From a bacterium (GTDB lineage Bacteria; Electryoneota; JAOADG01), in NCBI GenBank assembly GCA_963681965.1, contig OY820579.1, positions 160,001-224,000 of the forward strand: a stretch of DNA of 64,000 bases. Reading direction: 5' to 3'. Made by a program: the position numbers and the translations under genes. A model generated the notes under the pieces. The model saw nothing but the letters and a program-made list of their open reading frames with translations. It searched no databases and was not told the DNA's origin. Numbering within the stretch: the stretch's first letter is position 1; every line of letters begins with the position of its first letter. This document shows positions 41,696 to 50,228 of this stretch, piece after piece.

Positions 41696-43942
41696 ATGTC
41701 CGGATTTGTGAAAGTTTTCATTGTTTTTTTCCTAGTCACTTTAGCGCTCACGTCAGCGTTTGGCTATACCCGAACCGTGCTGCTGGAAGGGTTTACCAGT
41801 AACACCAGCCCCGAATGCGCAACGATGCATCGCTGGATGGACCCGTCACTGGTTCGACAGGGTACCACAACGATTGCTCCGGTTTTTTATCACATGTATT
41901 GGCCGCGTCCGACCGCCGATAAGTGGTATGAAGCCGATTCCGTCGAACTACTCGATCGGAAGGAAGCATTCGAAATCACAACTTTGCCGAATATTTATAT
42001 CGACGGCGCATATTTCGCAGTCACGCCAACCACAGTGGACTCGGTTCGATTGCGAACTACAATTAATACCCGCAGATCGATTAATTCGCGCGTCTGGTTG
42101 AAAGTATTACCGAGTGTCACTGCCAACGGCGACACGGTTCTCGTTACCGTCAAAGCAGTCACCGACAGCGCATTCAATGGTGTTACCAGCTTCACCAAAT
42201 TGCGCATCGCGCTGGTTCAACCATACGAAAATTGGCCGTTGCCACGCGCCGGAACCAATGGGCAACAGGTTTTTTATTACCCACTGCTCAGTTTTTCCAA
42301 TGGAACGCAAGGTGGTCCCATCGGTCAGACGTTTACCGCTTCCGGTCGCACAGCTGATACGCTGACGTTTAATGCCCGATTCAAGATTCGTCATGCCGGC
42401 ACGGCACCATTCAGTGCGCTGAATTCATCCGTTGTTGCATGGGTTCAGAAGGATTCGGGCAATTACAAACCGCGCGGTGTATACCAGACCGCGTATCGGC
42501 GGGTCACGTATTTCTCTTCACCCCTTGCCACCGATGTCTTTACGATCGGCGATAGCGCTACCGCCACATGGGATACTACGGTGTTCCGGGGCAATGCTAC
42601 GTTACTCTTAAATCGCAATTATCCGACGGGAACATGGGATACCGTGCGAACCGATTTCCCCAATACCGGTCGAGTGCGGTGGTTGGTAGCCGGTCCGGCA
42701 ACGACAGCGGCACGGCTGAAGATTACGAACGGCACCGATTACGATATCTCTCCGGATCAATTTACCATCACTGGATTTACCACAATCACGCTCGAACCAA
42801 ATACGGTGGCACATTCGATCGATACAACTTCGACTTGGTCGACAAATATCACTGTGCGCAATACTGGATCGGTTCCCTACTTTTCGTCAATTGAGACGAA
42901 TTTAGGTGCGAATTTCTTCCGGGCAGATACTCAAGCCGGTCAGTGGTTTGTCGCCGATACCGGAATGACAATTCCGGGTTCAACCGGCGATAACGTGAAT
43001 TTCGGACCGTTCCCATTGAGTTTCTCGTTCCCCTTCTTCGGGAATTATTACGATCAAGTGACGATGAATACCAATGGCTTCCTGTCATTCAACACGGTTG
43101 TCGCATCGATTTCCGGTAGTCATTCTACCTTGCCATCACCGCTGGCGCCAACGATTATCGCGCCATTCTGGGACGACCTCATCATCGCCAACAATCGCGG
43201 GCGCATGTATTACATGATGGACGATATCAATGGAGTCGTGGCATTCGCTTGGGACAGTGTATCGCGGGTTGGCGATCCTTCTACGAGAGTATCATTCGAA
43301 GCGATTCTGCATATTGACGGCACGATCGAATTTATCTATGGACCGATGTCGGGTACGTTGAATCATGCCACGATCGGTGTACAGTCTTCGCTGACAGAAG
43401 CAACGTTGCTGGCATACAATACGCCAGTCACTCCCAACACCAACATATTTTTGAGTCCACGCTACCGCTGGGGTACGTTCCCGACCGATCGCATCATCTT
43501 GCAGCCGGGCACATCGCAGGTTGTGGAATTGGGGTTATCTTCGCTGACGATCAAACGGGATTCGATTTTAACCGGTAATGTCCGGTTCGGCGGCAATCTG
43601 TCGACAACGGCAGTACTGCCGGTCAACATGCATGTGGTGATGGATGTGCCGGAACAACAGCGTGTCACATTACCGCAATCGATTACGTTGAGTGCGCCGT
43701 ATCCGAATCCATTCAATCCGACCACGACGATCCAATTTTCGCTGCCGACAGCGTTGCCGGTGACGATGCAGTTGTATGATGTCACAGGTCGACAAGTCGC
43801 ATCGATTTTCAGTGGAAAGATGAGTGCCGGATTGCATACACAAGTAATCAACGGCGATCGACTCGCGACCGGAACGTATTTCCTGAAATTCAGTGCCGGT
43901 GAAAAATTCTCGACTGTGCGGAAAATCGTGTTGCTGAAATAG
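41696..43942 (+). CDS. Secreted Omp28/thioredoxin-like + Ig-like + nidogen-like protein with T9SS-like CTD
   Basis: Signal peptide. RTVLLEGFTS...C, YHMYWP, P.IYIDG (Omp28-like). FPFFG..Y....NTNGFLSF and IAPFWDDL (nidogen-like). YPNPFNPTT...KIVLLK. Confidence 0.8.
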   Translation: MSGFVKVFIVFFLVTLALTSAFGYTRTVLLEGFTSNTSPECATMHRWMDPSLVRQGTTTIAPVFYHMYWPRPTADKWYEADSVELLDRKEAFEITTLPNIYIDGAYFAVTPTTVDSVRLRTTINTRRSINSRVWLKVLPSVTANGDTVLVTVKAVTDSAFNGVTSFTKLRIALVQPYENWPLPRAGTNGQQVFYYPLLSFSNGTQGGPIGQTFTASGRTADTLTFNARFKIRHAGTAPFSALNSSVVAWVQKDSGNYKPRGVYQTAYRRVTYFSSPLATDVFTIGDSATATWDTTVFRGNATLLLNRNYPTGTWDTVRTDFPNTGRVRWLVAGPATTAARLKITNGTDYDISPDQFTITGFTTITLEPNTVAHSIDTTSTWSTNITVRNTGSVPYFSSIETNLGANFFRADTQAGQWFVADTGMTIPGSTGDNVNFGPFPLSFSFPFFGNYYDQVTMNTNGFLSFNTVVASISGSHSTLPSPLAPTIIAPFWDDLIIANNRGRMYYMMDDINGVVAFAWDSVSRVGDPSTRVSFEAILHIDGTIEFIYGPMSGTLNHATIGVQSSLTEATLLAYNTPVTPNTNIFLSPRYRWGTFPTDRIILQPGTSQVVELGLSSLTIKRDSILTGNVRFGGNLSTTAVLPVNMHVVMDVPEQQRVTLPQSITLSAPYPNPFNPTTTIQFSLPTALPVTMQLYDVTGRQVASIFSGKMSAGLHTQVINGDRLATGTYFLKFSAGEKFSTVRKIVLLK

Positions 43943-43978
43943 GCTTCTGCTAATTTCGGTCGATGGTTTGATACATGT

Positions 43979-44006
43979 GACGGGCAATCTTCGGATTGCC
44001 CGTTTT
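43979..44006 (+). terminator. Intrinsic terminator
   Basis: GACGGGCAATC-ttcg-GATTGCCCGTT-TT. Confidence 0.8.
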
Positions 44007-44019
44007 GTATCTTCATCTT

Positions 44020-44375
44020 GTAGTTCTGTCCAACTCCGATTGGGCACATCCCTTCTTTTCCGTAGGTCAGAACTTGTTCTGACCACCGCTTGTATCTTGA
44101 TTCCTGTATCCTGATTTGTCGTTGCGAAGCCGCCATCGGCGGCTGTGGCAATCTGTTTTTTCCCGTAGGGGCGAACCGCTCTGCGCTCGCCGAAGGCAAT
44201 CTATCTTTTGGTAGCGGCGGACTTCAGTCCGCAATTCCCGTAAATCGAGTTTAAAAAATCAATACGCGGACTAAAGTCCGCCGCTACCAAAAAGACGGGT
44301 GTTAGGAGGTAGGTGTTGGGAATTGGGAACGGAAAAAAGATACAGGAACGGGCGGGCGTGGGAGCCCGCCCCTAC
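44020..44375. repeat. Mixed cluster of REP-like palindromes including one REPIN-like inverted pair
   Basis: GTAG-tagged hairpins at 44020, 44062, 44165 and 44349 (minus strand). Inverted pair GTAGCGGCGGACTTCAGTCCGC at 44211-44232 / 44266-44287. TGTCGTTGCGA...GCAATCT half element at 44117-44154. Confidence 0.85.
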
Positions 44376-44388
44376 TTCACAATATGAA

Positions 44389-47202
44389 TTACTTTAATAG
44401 AACAATCTTCTGGGTCTTCGAAAACGCTCCCGCCTGCATTCGCACAAAATACGTCCCACTCGCTAATCGCGAACCATCGATCTGCAATCGATATGTACCT
44501 GCAGTCTGATTCCGTTGCACAAGTGAACTGATTTCGCGTCCGGTAAGATCGAACAACTTTAGTTCGACAAAACCGGATTTCGGGAGGGAATAGGAAAGGG
44601 TGGTGGTGGCGTTGAAGGGATTGGGGTAATTCTGCGCTAACGCGAAATCGGATGGTTGTATGAATCGTTCCGGTGTACTGGCTGATGAGTCAGGAATAAG
44701 TGTCAAACGCGCGATGAAGCCATCAGTACCACCATTGTAACTCGTGTCACCGACCTCCGGTGTCGTTGGAAAACCAGGTCCACAAATACCAGTAAAAATA
44801 ATTTCATCAGAATGGTGCCTTATACTAGCAAAACCTCCAGTAGTGCCTGTCCCACCAAAATATGTACTATATATCAATTGAGATGTGTTGATTTTGAATT
44901 TAGCAATAAAACAATTGACATTTCCATTCAGATGATGTGAATAAGCCCCAATTGTTGTTGGGAAATTCGAACTATAAGTTGCACCTACAACTATAACGCT
45001 AGTATCGCTATAATACAGGATGCTTCTACCTATATCTTCACCAGAACCACCGAGATAAGTGCTGTATAAAAGATTCGATCCAGTACTGTCGAGGTAGGAG
45101 ATAAAACAATCACCGAGAACAGTGCCACCACCATTATATGCTGTGTTATACGCACCTGCAGTAACAGGAAAATTCAGACTTGTTGTATTACCAGTGATAA
45201 CACAGTTACCATTTTCATCACTCACGATTGAGCCAGCGATTTCTTGGTTACCGGAACCACCGAGATAAGTACTGTACAGCAACTGCGAGCCGGTCGAATT
45301 CAAGCGTAGTACAAATGCATCCAAATCACTGCCATTAAAAGTCGTATCGAACGCATTGGGGGTTGTATATAGTCCTGAGATCGCACTTCCTGTTGCAAGT
45401 ATTCCACCTGACCCATCTGATGTAATCGACCATAATTCTGGACCGCGCCCGAGAAAGGTGCTATAGATCAGACCAGAACCGGTATTGTTTAAATGAGCGA
45501 CAAATCCACCAGAATTGGTCGTGTTGTATGCGCCTTCAGTGGTCGGAAAATTGTCGCTCCAAGATTTTCCACCGATAAAAACACCACCACTATCATCATT
45601 GATAATCGAATGACCTCGATCCCAAGATGAACCGCCCAGATAAGTACTATATATCAATCTCGAGCCAGAGCTATTTAATCGAGCTACAAAACAATCCCAC
45701 TCTGAGCCATTGAATATTCTGTCAAATGAACCACTAGTGGTCGGAAACAGAGTATCGGCATACCCGGTGATCGTGCAATTACCCAAAGAATCACTGACAA
45801 TACTTTCCGCGCGATCGTCACCCGGTCCACCGAGAAAAGTACTGTAGATCAGTCGTGAAAAAGTACTGTCCACTCTTGTGACGAAACAGTCGCCAGTACC
45901 AACCGATGCACCATTGTAGCTAACATCGATAGCTCCAGCTGTGACTGGAAAATCGAAACTGTTTGTGCAACCACAAACGATGACTCCCCCACTTCCGTCA
46001 TCGACGATGCCATCGCCGTAATCGTTTCCACCACCCCCCAAATATGTCGAATACACCAGCGGATCGATTCGTAGTGTTTGCGAGGGATCGTACCCGTTCG
46101 GCATATCGATTGCGAAGACATACCCCGCCTCGAGTTTGAATTGTGCTGCGACATCGGTTCCGCGGGTGCCATTCGTGCTGGTTTGGTATGATCCCGGAAT
46201 TTTCATTCGCAATTCACCGAGGGAGATGGGAAGCGACAGTTCATTCGATAAGTGGAGGTCGGACACTCCTGTCCGACTCCCTTTTGTGACAGAAATATCT
46301 GAGTCGACGGACAAGAGTGTCCGTCCTCCGCCTGCGATTGGCGCCTCCAACCCTTCGCATACCATCTTGATTTGCTTGGGGTCGGCACCGGGATGTACTA
46401 CGAAATCGAATTCGAGATGACCTTTGCTCTCATACCATTCGACATCGATGCCATCCCAGACATCATGATATACCACGCGTGTAAAATTGCGGCAATCTGG
46501 TGCCCATTTTGTCGAATCATTTCCGAGGAAATAATTGTTGTGCCATGATAATTCCCCTTGTGCATCAATCCATTTCGCTTTTGCTGTGGTGGCGCAGGCC
46601 TCCGAGCCTGCGTCTGGTATCTTGATTTGTCTTTGCGAGGAATGAAACGTAGGAACGTGCGAAGCAATCCCGAAGGGCTCACCGAAGGTAATCTCCTCCT
46701 GTATCATTGAATCTTTAAAAGAGTAGATTGCTTCGTCACTTCGCTGCGGCTTTCCGCCTACGGCGGACGATCCTTCGCTGCGTTCCTCGCAACGACAAGA
46801 AGCGACAAATTTGAATTTGAGGGCGTGGGATTTTAATCGGGGATATTGGATACGACCATTGGGATCGAATCGTGCATCATTAACGGACACGGGCGGTTCG
46901 CGAACCCCCAGCGGGGGCGGCGTTGCCCCTACCAAAGATGATGTATCGATGACACTCGTGACGAGTGTGACTCCATCGCGCTCAAGGAACCACGTAAACC
47001 CATCGTGCCGCACTTCACACTTGTACACGACTGCCGAATCCCACTGCCCCTTGTTCTCGGTAAACTGAAAGGGGTGTGGCAACCGCGTCGATTGTACCGA
47101 GACAGCATGAGAAAGTTGCGGAAGAAGAATTGTGAATACGAAAACAAGAGTCGTCGCGAAAGCGAGCGGGTGTTGGTGTAGAGTACGATAGCGGAAAGTC
47201 AT
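44389..47202 (-). CDS. SBBP (beta-propeller)-repeat secreted protein with DUF7948-like N-terminal domain and T9SS-like CTD; carries in-frame palindromic insertions
   Basis: FTENKGQWD, NYFLGND..KW, Y.DVWDGID, LEFDFVVHPGADP..I, IDPLVYSTYLGG. Repeated L.YST(Y/F)LGG.G.D...FP.T.GA.D..NG..D.F blades. NYPNPFN...KIVLLK. Confidence 0.9.
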   Translation of the reverse strand: MTFRYRTLHQHPLAFATTLVFVFTILLPQLSHAVSVQSTRLPHPFQFTENKGQWDSAVVYKCEVRHDGFTWFLERDGVTLVTSVIDTSSLVGATPPPLGVREPPVSVNDARFDPNGRIQYPRLKSHALKFKFVASCRCEERSEGSSAVGGKPQRSDEAIYSFKDSMIQEEITFGEPFGIASHVPTFHSSQRQIKIPDAGSEACATTAKAKWIDAQGELSWHNNYFLGNDSTKWAPDCRNFTRVVYHDVWDGIDVEWYESKGHLEFDFVVHPGADPKQIKMVCEGLEAPIAGGGRTLLSVDSDISVTKGSRTGVSDLHLSNELSLPISLGELRMKIPGSYQTSTNGTRGTDVAAQFKLEAGYVFAIDMPNGYDPSQTLRIDPLVYSTYLGGGGNDYGDGIVDDGSGGVIVCGCTNSFDFPVTAGAIDVSYNGASVGTGDCFVTRVDSTFSRLIYSTFLGGPGDDRAESIVSDSLGNCTITGYADTLFPTTSGSFDRIFNGSEWDCFVARLNSSGSRLIYSTYLGGSSWDRGHSIINDDSGGVFIGGKSWSDNFPTTEGAYNTTNSGGFVAHLNNTGSGLIYSTFLGRGPELWSITSDGSGGILATGSAISGLYTTPNAFDTTFNGSDLDAFVLRLNSTGSQLLYSTYLGGSGNQEIAGSIVSDENGNCVITGNTTSLNFPVTAGAYNTAYNGGGTVLGDCFISYLDSTGSNLLYSTYLGGSGEDIGRSILYYSDTSVIVVGATYSSNFPTTIGAYSHHLNGNVNCFIAKFKINTSQLIYSTYFGGTGTTGGFASIRHHSDEIIFTGICGPGFPTTPEVGDTSYNGGTDGFIARLTLIPDSSASTPERFIQPSDFALAQNYPNPFNATTTLSYSLPKSGFVELKLFDLTGREISSLVQRNQTAGTYRLQIDGSRLASGTYFVRMQAGAFSKTQKIVLLK
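46254..46329. repeat. Intragenic REPIN-like inverted pair of GGAG-tagged palindromes
   Basis: GGAG-GTCGGACACTCCTGTCCGAC (46254-46277) and, on the minus strand, GGAG-GACGGACACTCTTGTCCGTC (46306-46329). Confidence 0.8.
46588..46798. repeat. Intragenic REP plus 172-bp RPE-like palindromic element
   Basis: GGTGGCGCAGGCCTCCGAGCCTGCG (46588-46612) is the exact reverse complement of intergenic 47520-47544. Terminal IRs TTGTCTTTGCGAGGAA (46627-46642) / TTCCTCGCAACGACAA (46783-46798). Inner IRs CGAAGCAATC / GATTGCTTCG. Confidence 0.85.
46890..46932 (-). repeat. Intragenic GTAG-type REP
   Basis: Minus strand GTAG-GGGCAACGCCGCCCCCGCTGGGGGTTCGCGAACCGCCCG, encoding VGATPPPLGVREPP. Confidence 0.7.
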
Positions 47203-47338
47203 GGCGGCTCCGGACGAATAAGTGGTATATCCATAATAATGCGGACGGAGAGTGTTTACAAGCAATTGATGAGTGAATGGAGAATTTGGATCCACAGAAT
47301 TTAGACTGCGTTATTTGTTTTCAATTTGAGACACAGGA

Positions 47339-47765
47339 GGTGGTCCGAACAAGTTCTGACCTACGTAAAGAAGAGGATCGCCGAAACGGAGTGCGGTAGT
47401 ACTGCCCAACTCCGATTGGGCATCTTTTTTTTTTCAGTATTTGTCTATTTAAAAAAGGATAGGATAAAAAAATCGAAAAAAAAGTGCCGATTCGGAGATC
47501 GGCAGTACTACAAGAAAATCGCAGGCTCGGAGGCCTGCGCCACCAACAGAATAGGTGTTGGGTGGTAAGGATTGGGGATTGGGAAAAGACGAAAAGAGTA
47601 GGTTGCTACGTCCGCCGCTTTGCGGCGTCCTCGCAACGACAGAATTAAAAAGCGGTGGGCGACCGCAGTGGGTCGCCTTTACTGGAAAAAGAGTTGACGG
47701 GAGGGCGTGGGAGCCAGCCCTTACTTGAGGAAAAAAATCGGGAGGGCTTACGAGCCCTCCCCTAC
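47339..47765. repeat. Mixed cluster of ~8 REP-like palindromes
   Basis: Elements at 47339-47364, 47396-47422 / 47484-47511 (inverted pair), 47520-47544, ~47598-47641, ~47655-47682, 47698-47724 and 47739-47765. The last two belong to the family arrayed at 18923-19104. Confidence 0.85.
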
Positions 47766-47789
47766 TATCGAATAATTACTGAACGCGCG

Positions 47790-50228
47790 CTACTGCTTTT
47801 TCGCAGCCGGTTTCTTCGTGGACTTGGCAGCACGTTTCAACGGCGATACGGCTTTCTTCGCAGTTGTTGACGTCTTCGTGGCAGGCTTCTTCGCTGCGGG
47901 TTTTGTTGTAGTCGATTTTACTGTTGACGATTTAGCCGCAGTCGACTTCTTTGCAGTCGCTTTCGGTTTCGCTTTGCTCGCCGCCGACTTGCGCGGAACA
48001 TATCCTTCCGGTTTCGGACGCGGTGTCACCGCTTTCCAGACACCATCCTTCCCCTTGCGGATATTGACAATGCCACTGCACTTCGGATAAGTCGAGCAGG
48101 AGAAAAACGGACCAAATCGCCCGATCCGCGCGACAACCGGTTGACCGCAAACCGGACAACCAGTGATACCGACTTGTTCCGCCGTAACATCTGGCGTCTT
48201 CTTGTCTTTTTGTCCGGCGACTTTCGCGACTTCACCCGGCAGACGGCGGATATTGTCGCACTTGGGATAATTCGAACAGCCGAGGAATGTTCCAAATTTA
48301 CCCTGCCGTACGACCATCGCACTACCGCACTTTTCGCACGGTTCGTTCAACAATTCCTCCGGAACTTCCACCGGTACCGCGTCTTTTCCGCTATTCAAAT
48401 TCGCGGAAACGTTGCAGACCGGACAACGGAGATACGCGCCAAATCTACCGATGCGGAGTTGCATCCCTTCGTGACCGTTGGTGCAAGTTTCCGTGGTCGG
48501 GAGAAATGCCGATTCGCGCAACTCTTTCAGTTGCTCTTTCGCCGTCTTGATTTTCGCATCGAGCGGGCGATACAATTCACCGATCACCGTGTGCCACTTG
48601 CCGTGACCTTCGGCGATTTCGTCGAGTTCCGCTTCCATTCTGGCAGTGAATTCGACATCGAACAGATCGGGAAATTCGGCAACCAACAATCGATTCACGA
48701 CGCGACCGAGCGGTGTTGGCTGGAGTTTCCGCTCCATGCGCTGAATGTATTCGCGATCGAAGAGTGTTTGAACGATCGAGGCATACGTCGAGGGACGACC
48801 GATCCCTTTTTCGTCGAGTTCCTTGACCAACGTCGCTTCGCTGAAGCGTGGCGGCGGTTCGGTGAAATGCTGCGATGCTTCGATCTTGAGCAGTGGCAGC
48901 ATAGCCTTCACTGCCAAGCCCTGCGGCAACAAGCCCCCTTCTTCCTCTTCGTCGTCGCGACCGTAAAGCTTCAAGAAGCCATCGAATAATAGACGTTGAC
49001 CATTGGCGCGGAAGATCGCACGTTCGCGCACTTGAATGTCGGCAGACTGACGTTCGAATCGTGCCGCTTCCATTTGCGATGCCATCGTGCGTCGCCAAAT
49101 AATATCGTACAGTTTTCCTTGTTCCGGCGAGAGATGGTGCCTGATATCATCGGGATGACGGGATGGATCGGTCGGACGAATCGCTTCGTGCGCGTCTTGA
49201 GCGGCTTCTTTGGCTTTGAAGACACGTGCGTTTTCGGGGAGATATTCGTCACCGAATATTTTTGAAATCTGTTTGCGAAGACCGTCGATTGCTTCATTCG
49301 CCAAGCGCACTGAATCGGTACGCATATAGGTGATGAGACCGACCGGGCCTTCACCGGGCAGTTCCACTCCTTCATACAATTGTTGCGCGATGGTCATCGT
49401 GCGACGAACCCCGAAACTCAATTTTGCGGATGCCGCTTGTTGGAGTGTCGAAGTGGTAAATGGTGGTGGTGGCGATTTTTTAACCGCTTTCGTTTCGAGC
49501 GAAAGCACTGTTCCGAGTTGACCTTCGCAGTAAGCGACAACTTCGCGTCCGACATCGCCGGGTAATTTATCGGCTTTTTCACCATCCCAATTGATCAATT
49601 TCGTTGGAACTTCACCGGCACCAACACCGAAGATCGCTTCTACCGACCAATACTCAAATGGAATGAATGCAAGAATTTCCGCTTCGCGTTCGCAGACGAG
49701 TCGCAACGCGACCGATTGCACGCGACCAGCGGAAATACCGGTCTTCACCGTTCGCCACAGCAATGGGCTGACCAGATAACCGACCAAACGATCGAGCACG
49801 CGCCGCGCTTGCTGCGCATCGACACGGTGCAAATCGACTTGTCGAGGGTGATGGATCGCATTGAGTACGGCGGATTTGGTGATTTCTTCAAATTCGACAC
49901 GCTCCAGCGATAGCGCATCTTTCCCGATCAACTCGGAAATATGCCACGCTATCGCTTCCCCTTCGCGGTCAGGGTCGGTAGCGAGCAATACTCTTCGACC
50001 GGAAGCTTTTTGTTTCAGCTCCTTGACGATTTTTTCCTTGCCGGGAATAATTCGATAGGTAGGTTGAAAATTTTTCTCGACGTCAACACCTAGTTCGGAT
50101 TCGGGTAGATCGCGGATATGACCTACCGAAGCAATTGTTTGATAATCACTGCCGAGATATTTGTTCAGAGCCTTGACTTTGGTCGGCGACTCAACGATTA
50201 CGATCGTGGTTTCTTTCTTACTGCTCAA
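47790..50228 (-). CDS. topA: DNA topoisomerase I
   Basis: IVESPTK, SVGHIRDL, ATDPDREGEAI, SAGRVQS, ITYMRTDS (catalytic Tyr), AQDAHEAIRPT, C-terminal zinc ribbons and Lys/Ala-rich tail. Confidence 0.98.
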   Translation of the reverse strand: MSSKKETTIVIVESPTKVKALNKYLGSDYQTIASVGHIRDLPESELGVDVEKNFQPTYRIIPGKEKIVKELKQKASGRRVLLATDPDREGEAIAWHISELIGKDALSLERVEFEEITKSAVLNAIHHPRQVDLHRVDAQQARRVLDRLVGYLVSPLLWRTVKTGISAGRVQSVALRLVCEREAEILAFIPFEYWSVEAIFGVGAGEVPTKLINWDGEKADKLPGDVGREVVAYCEGQLGTVLSLETKAVKKSPPPPFTTSTLQQAASAKLSFGVRRTMTIAQQLYEGVELPGEGPVGLITYMRTDSVRLANEAIDGLRKQISKIFGDEYLPENARVFKAKEAAQDAHEAIRPTDPSRHPDDIRHHLSPEQGKLYDIIWRRTMASQMEAARFERQSADIQVRERAIFRANGQRLLFDGFLKLYGRDDEEEEGGLLPQGLAVKAMLPLLKIEASQHFTEPPPRFSEATLVKELDEKGIGRPSTYASIVQTLFDREYIQRMERKLQPTPLGRVVNRLLVAEFPDLFDVEFTARMEAELDEIAEGHGKWHTVIGELYRPLDAKIKTAKEQLKELRESAFLPTTETCTNGHEGMQLRIGRFGAYLRCPVCNVSANLNSGKDAVPVEVPEELLNEPCEKCGSAMVVRQGKFGTFLGCSNYPKCDNIRRLPGEVAKVAGQKDKKTPDVTAEQVGITGCPVCGQPVVARIGRFGPFFSCSTYPKCSGIVNIRKGKDGVWKAVTPRPKPEGYVPRKSAASKAKPKATAKKSTAAKSSTVKSTTTKPAAKKPATKTSTTAKKAVSPLKRAAKSTKKPAAKKQ

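Noticed and set aside
43462-47870. Small ORFs across the repeat clusters (43462-44199, 47326-47568, 47655-47870) as a transposase or real genes
   Set aside because: They are translations of the palindromes or antisense shadows, with no HUH/Y1 or DDE motifs.
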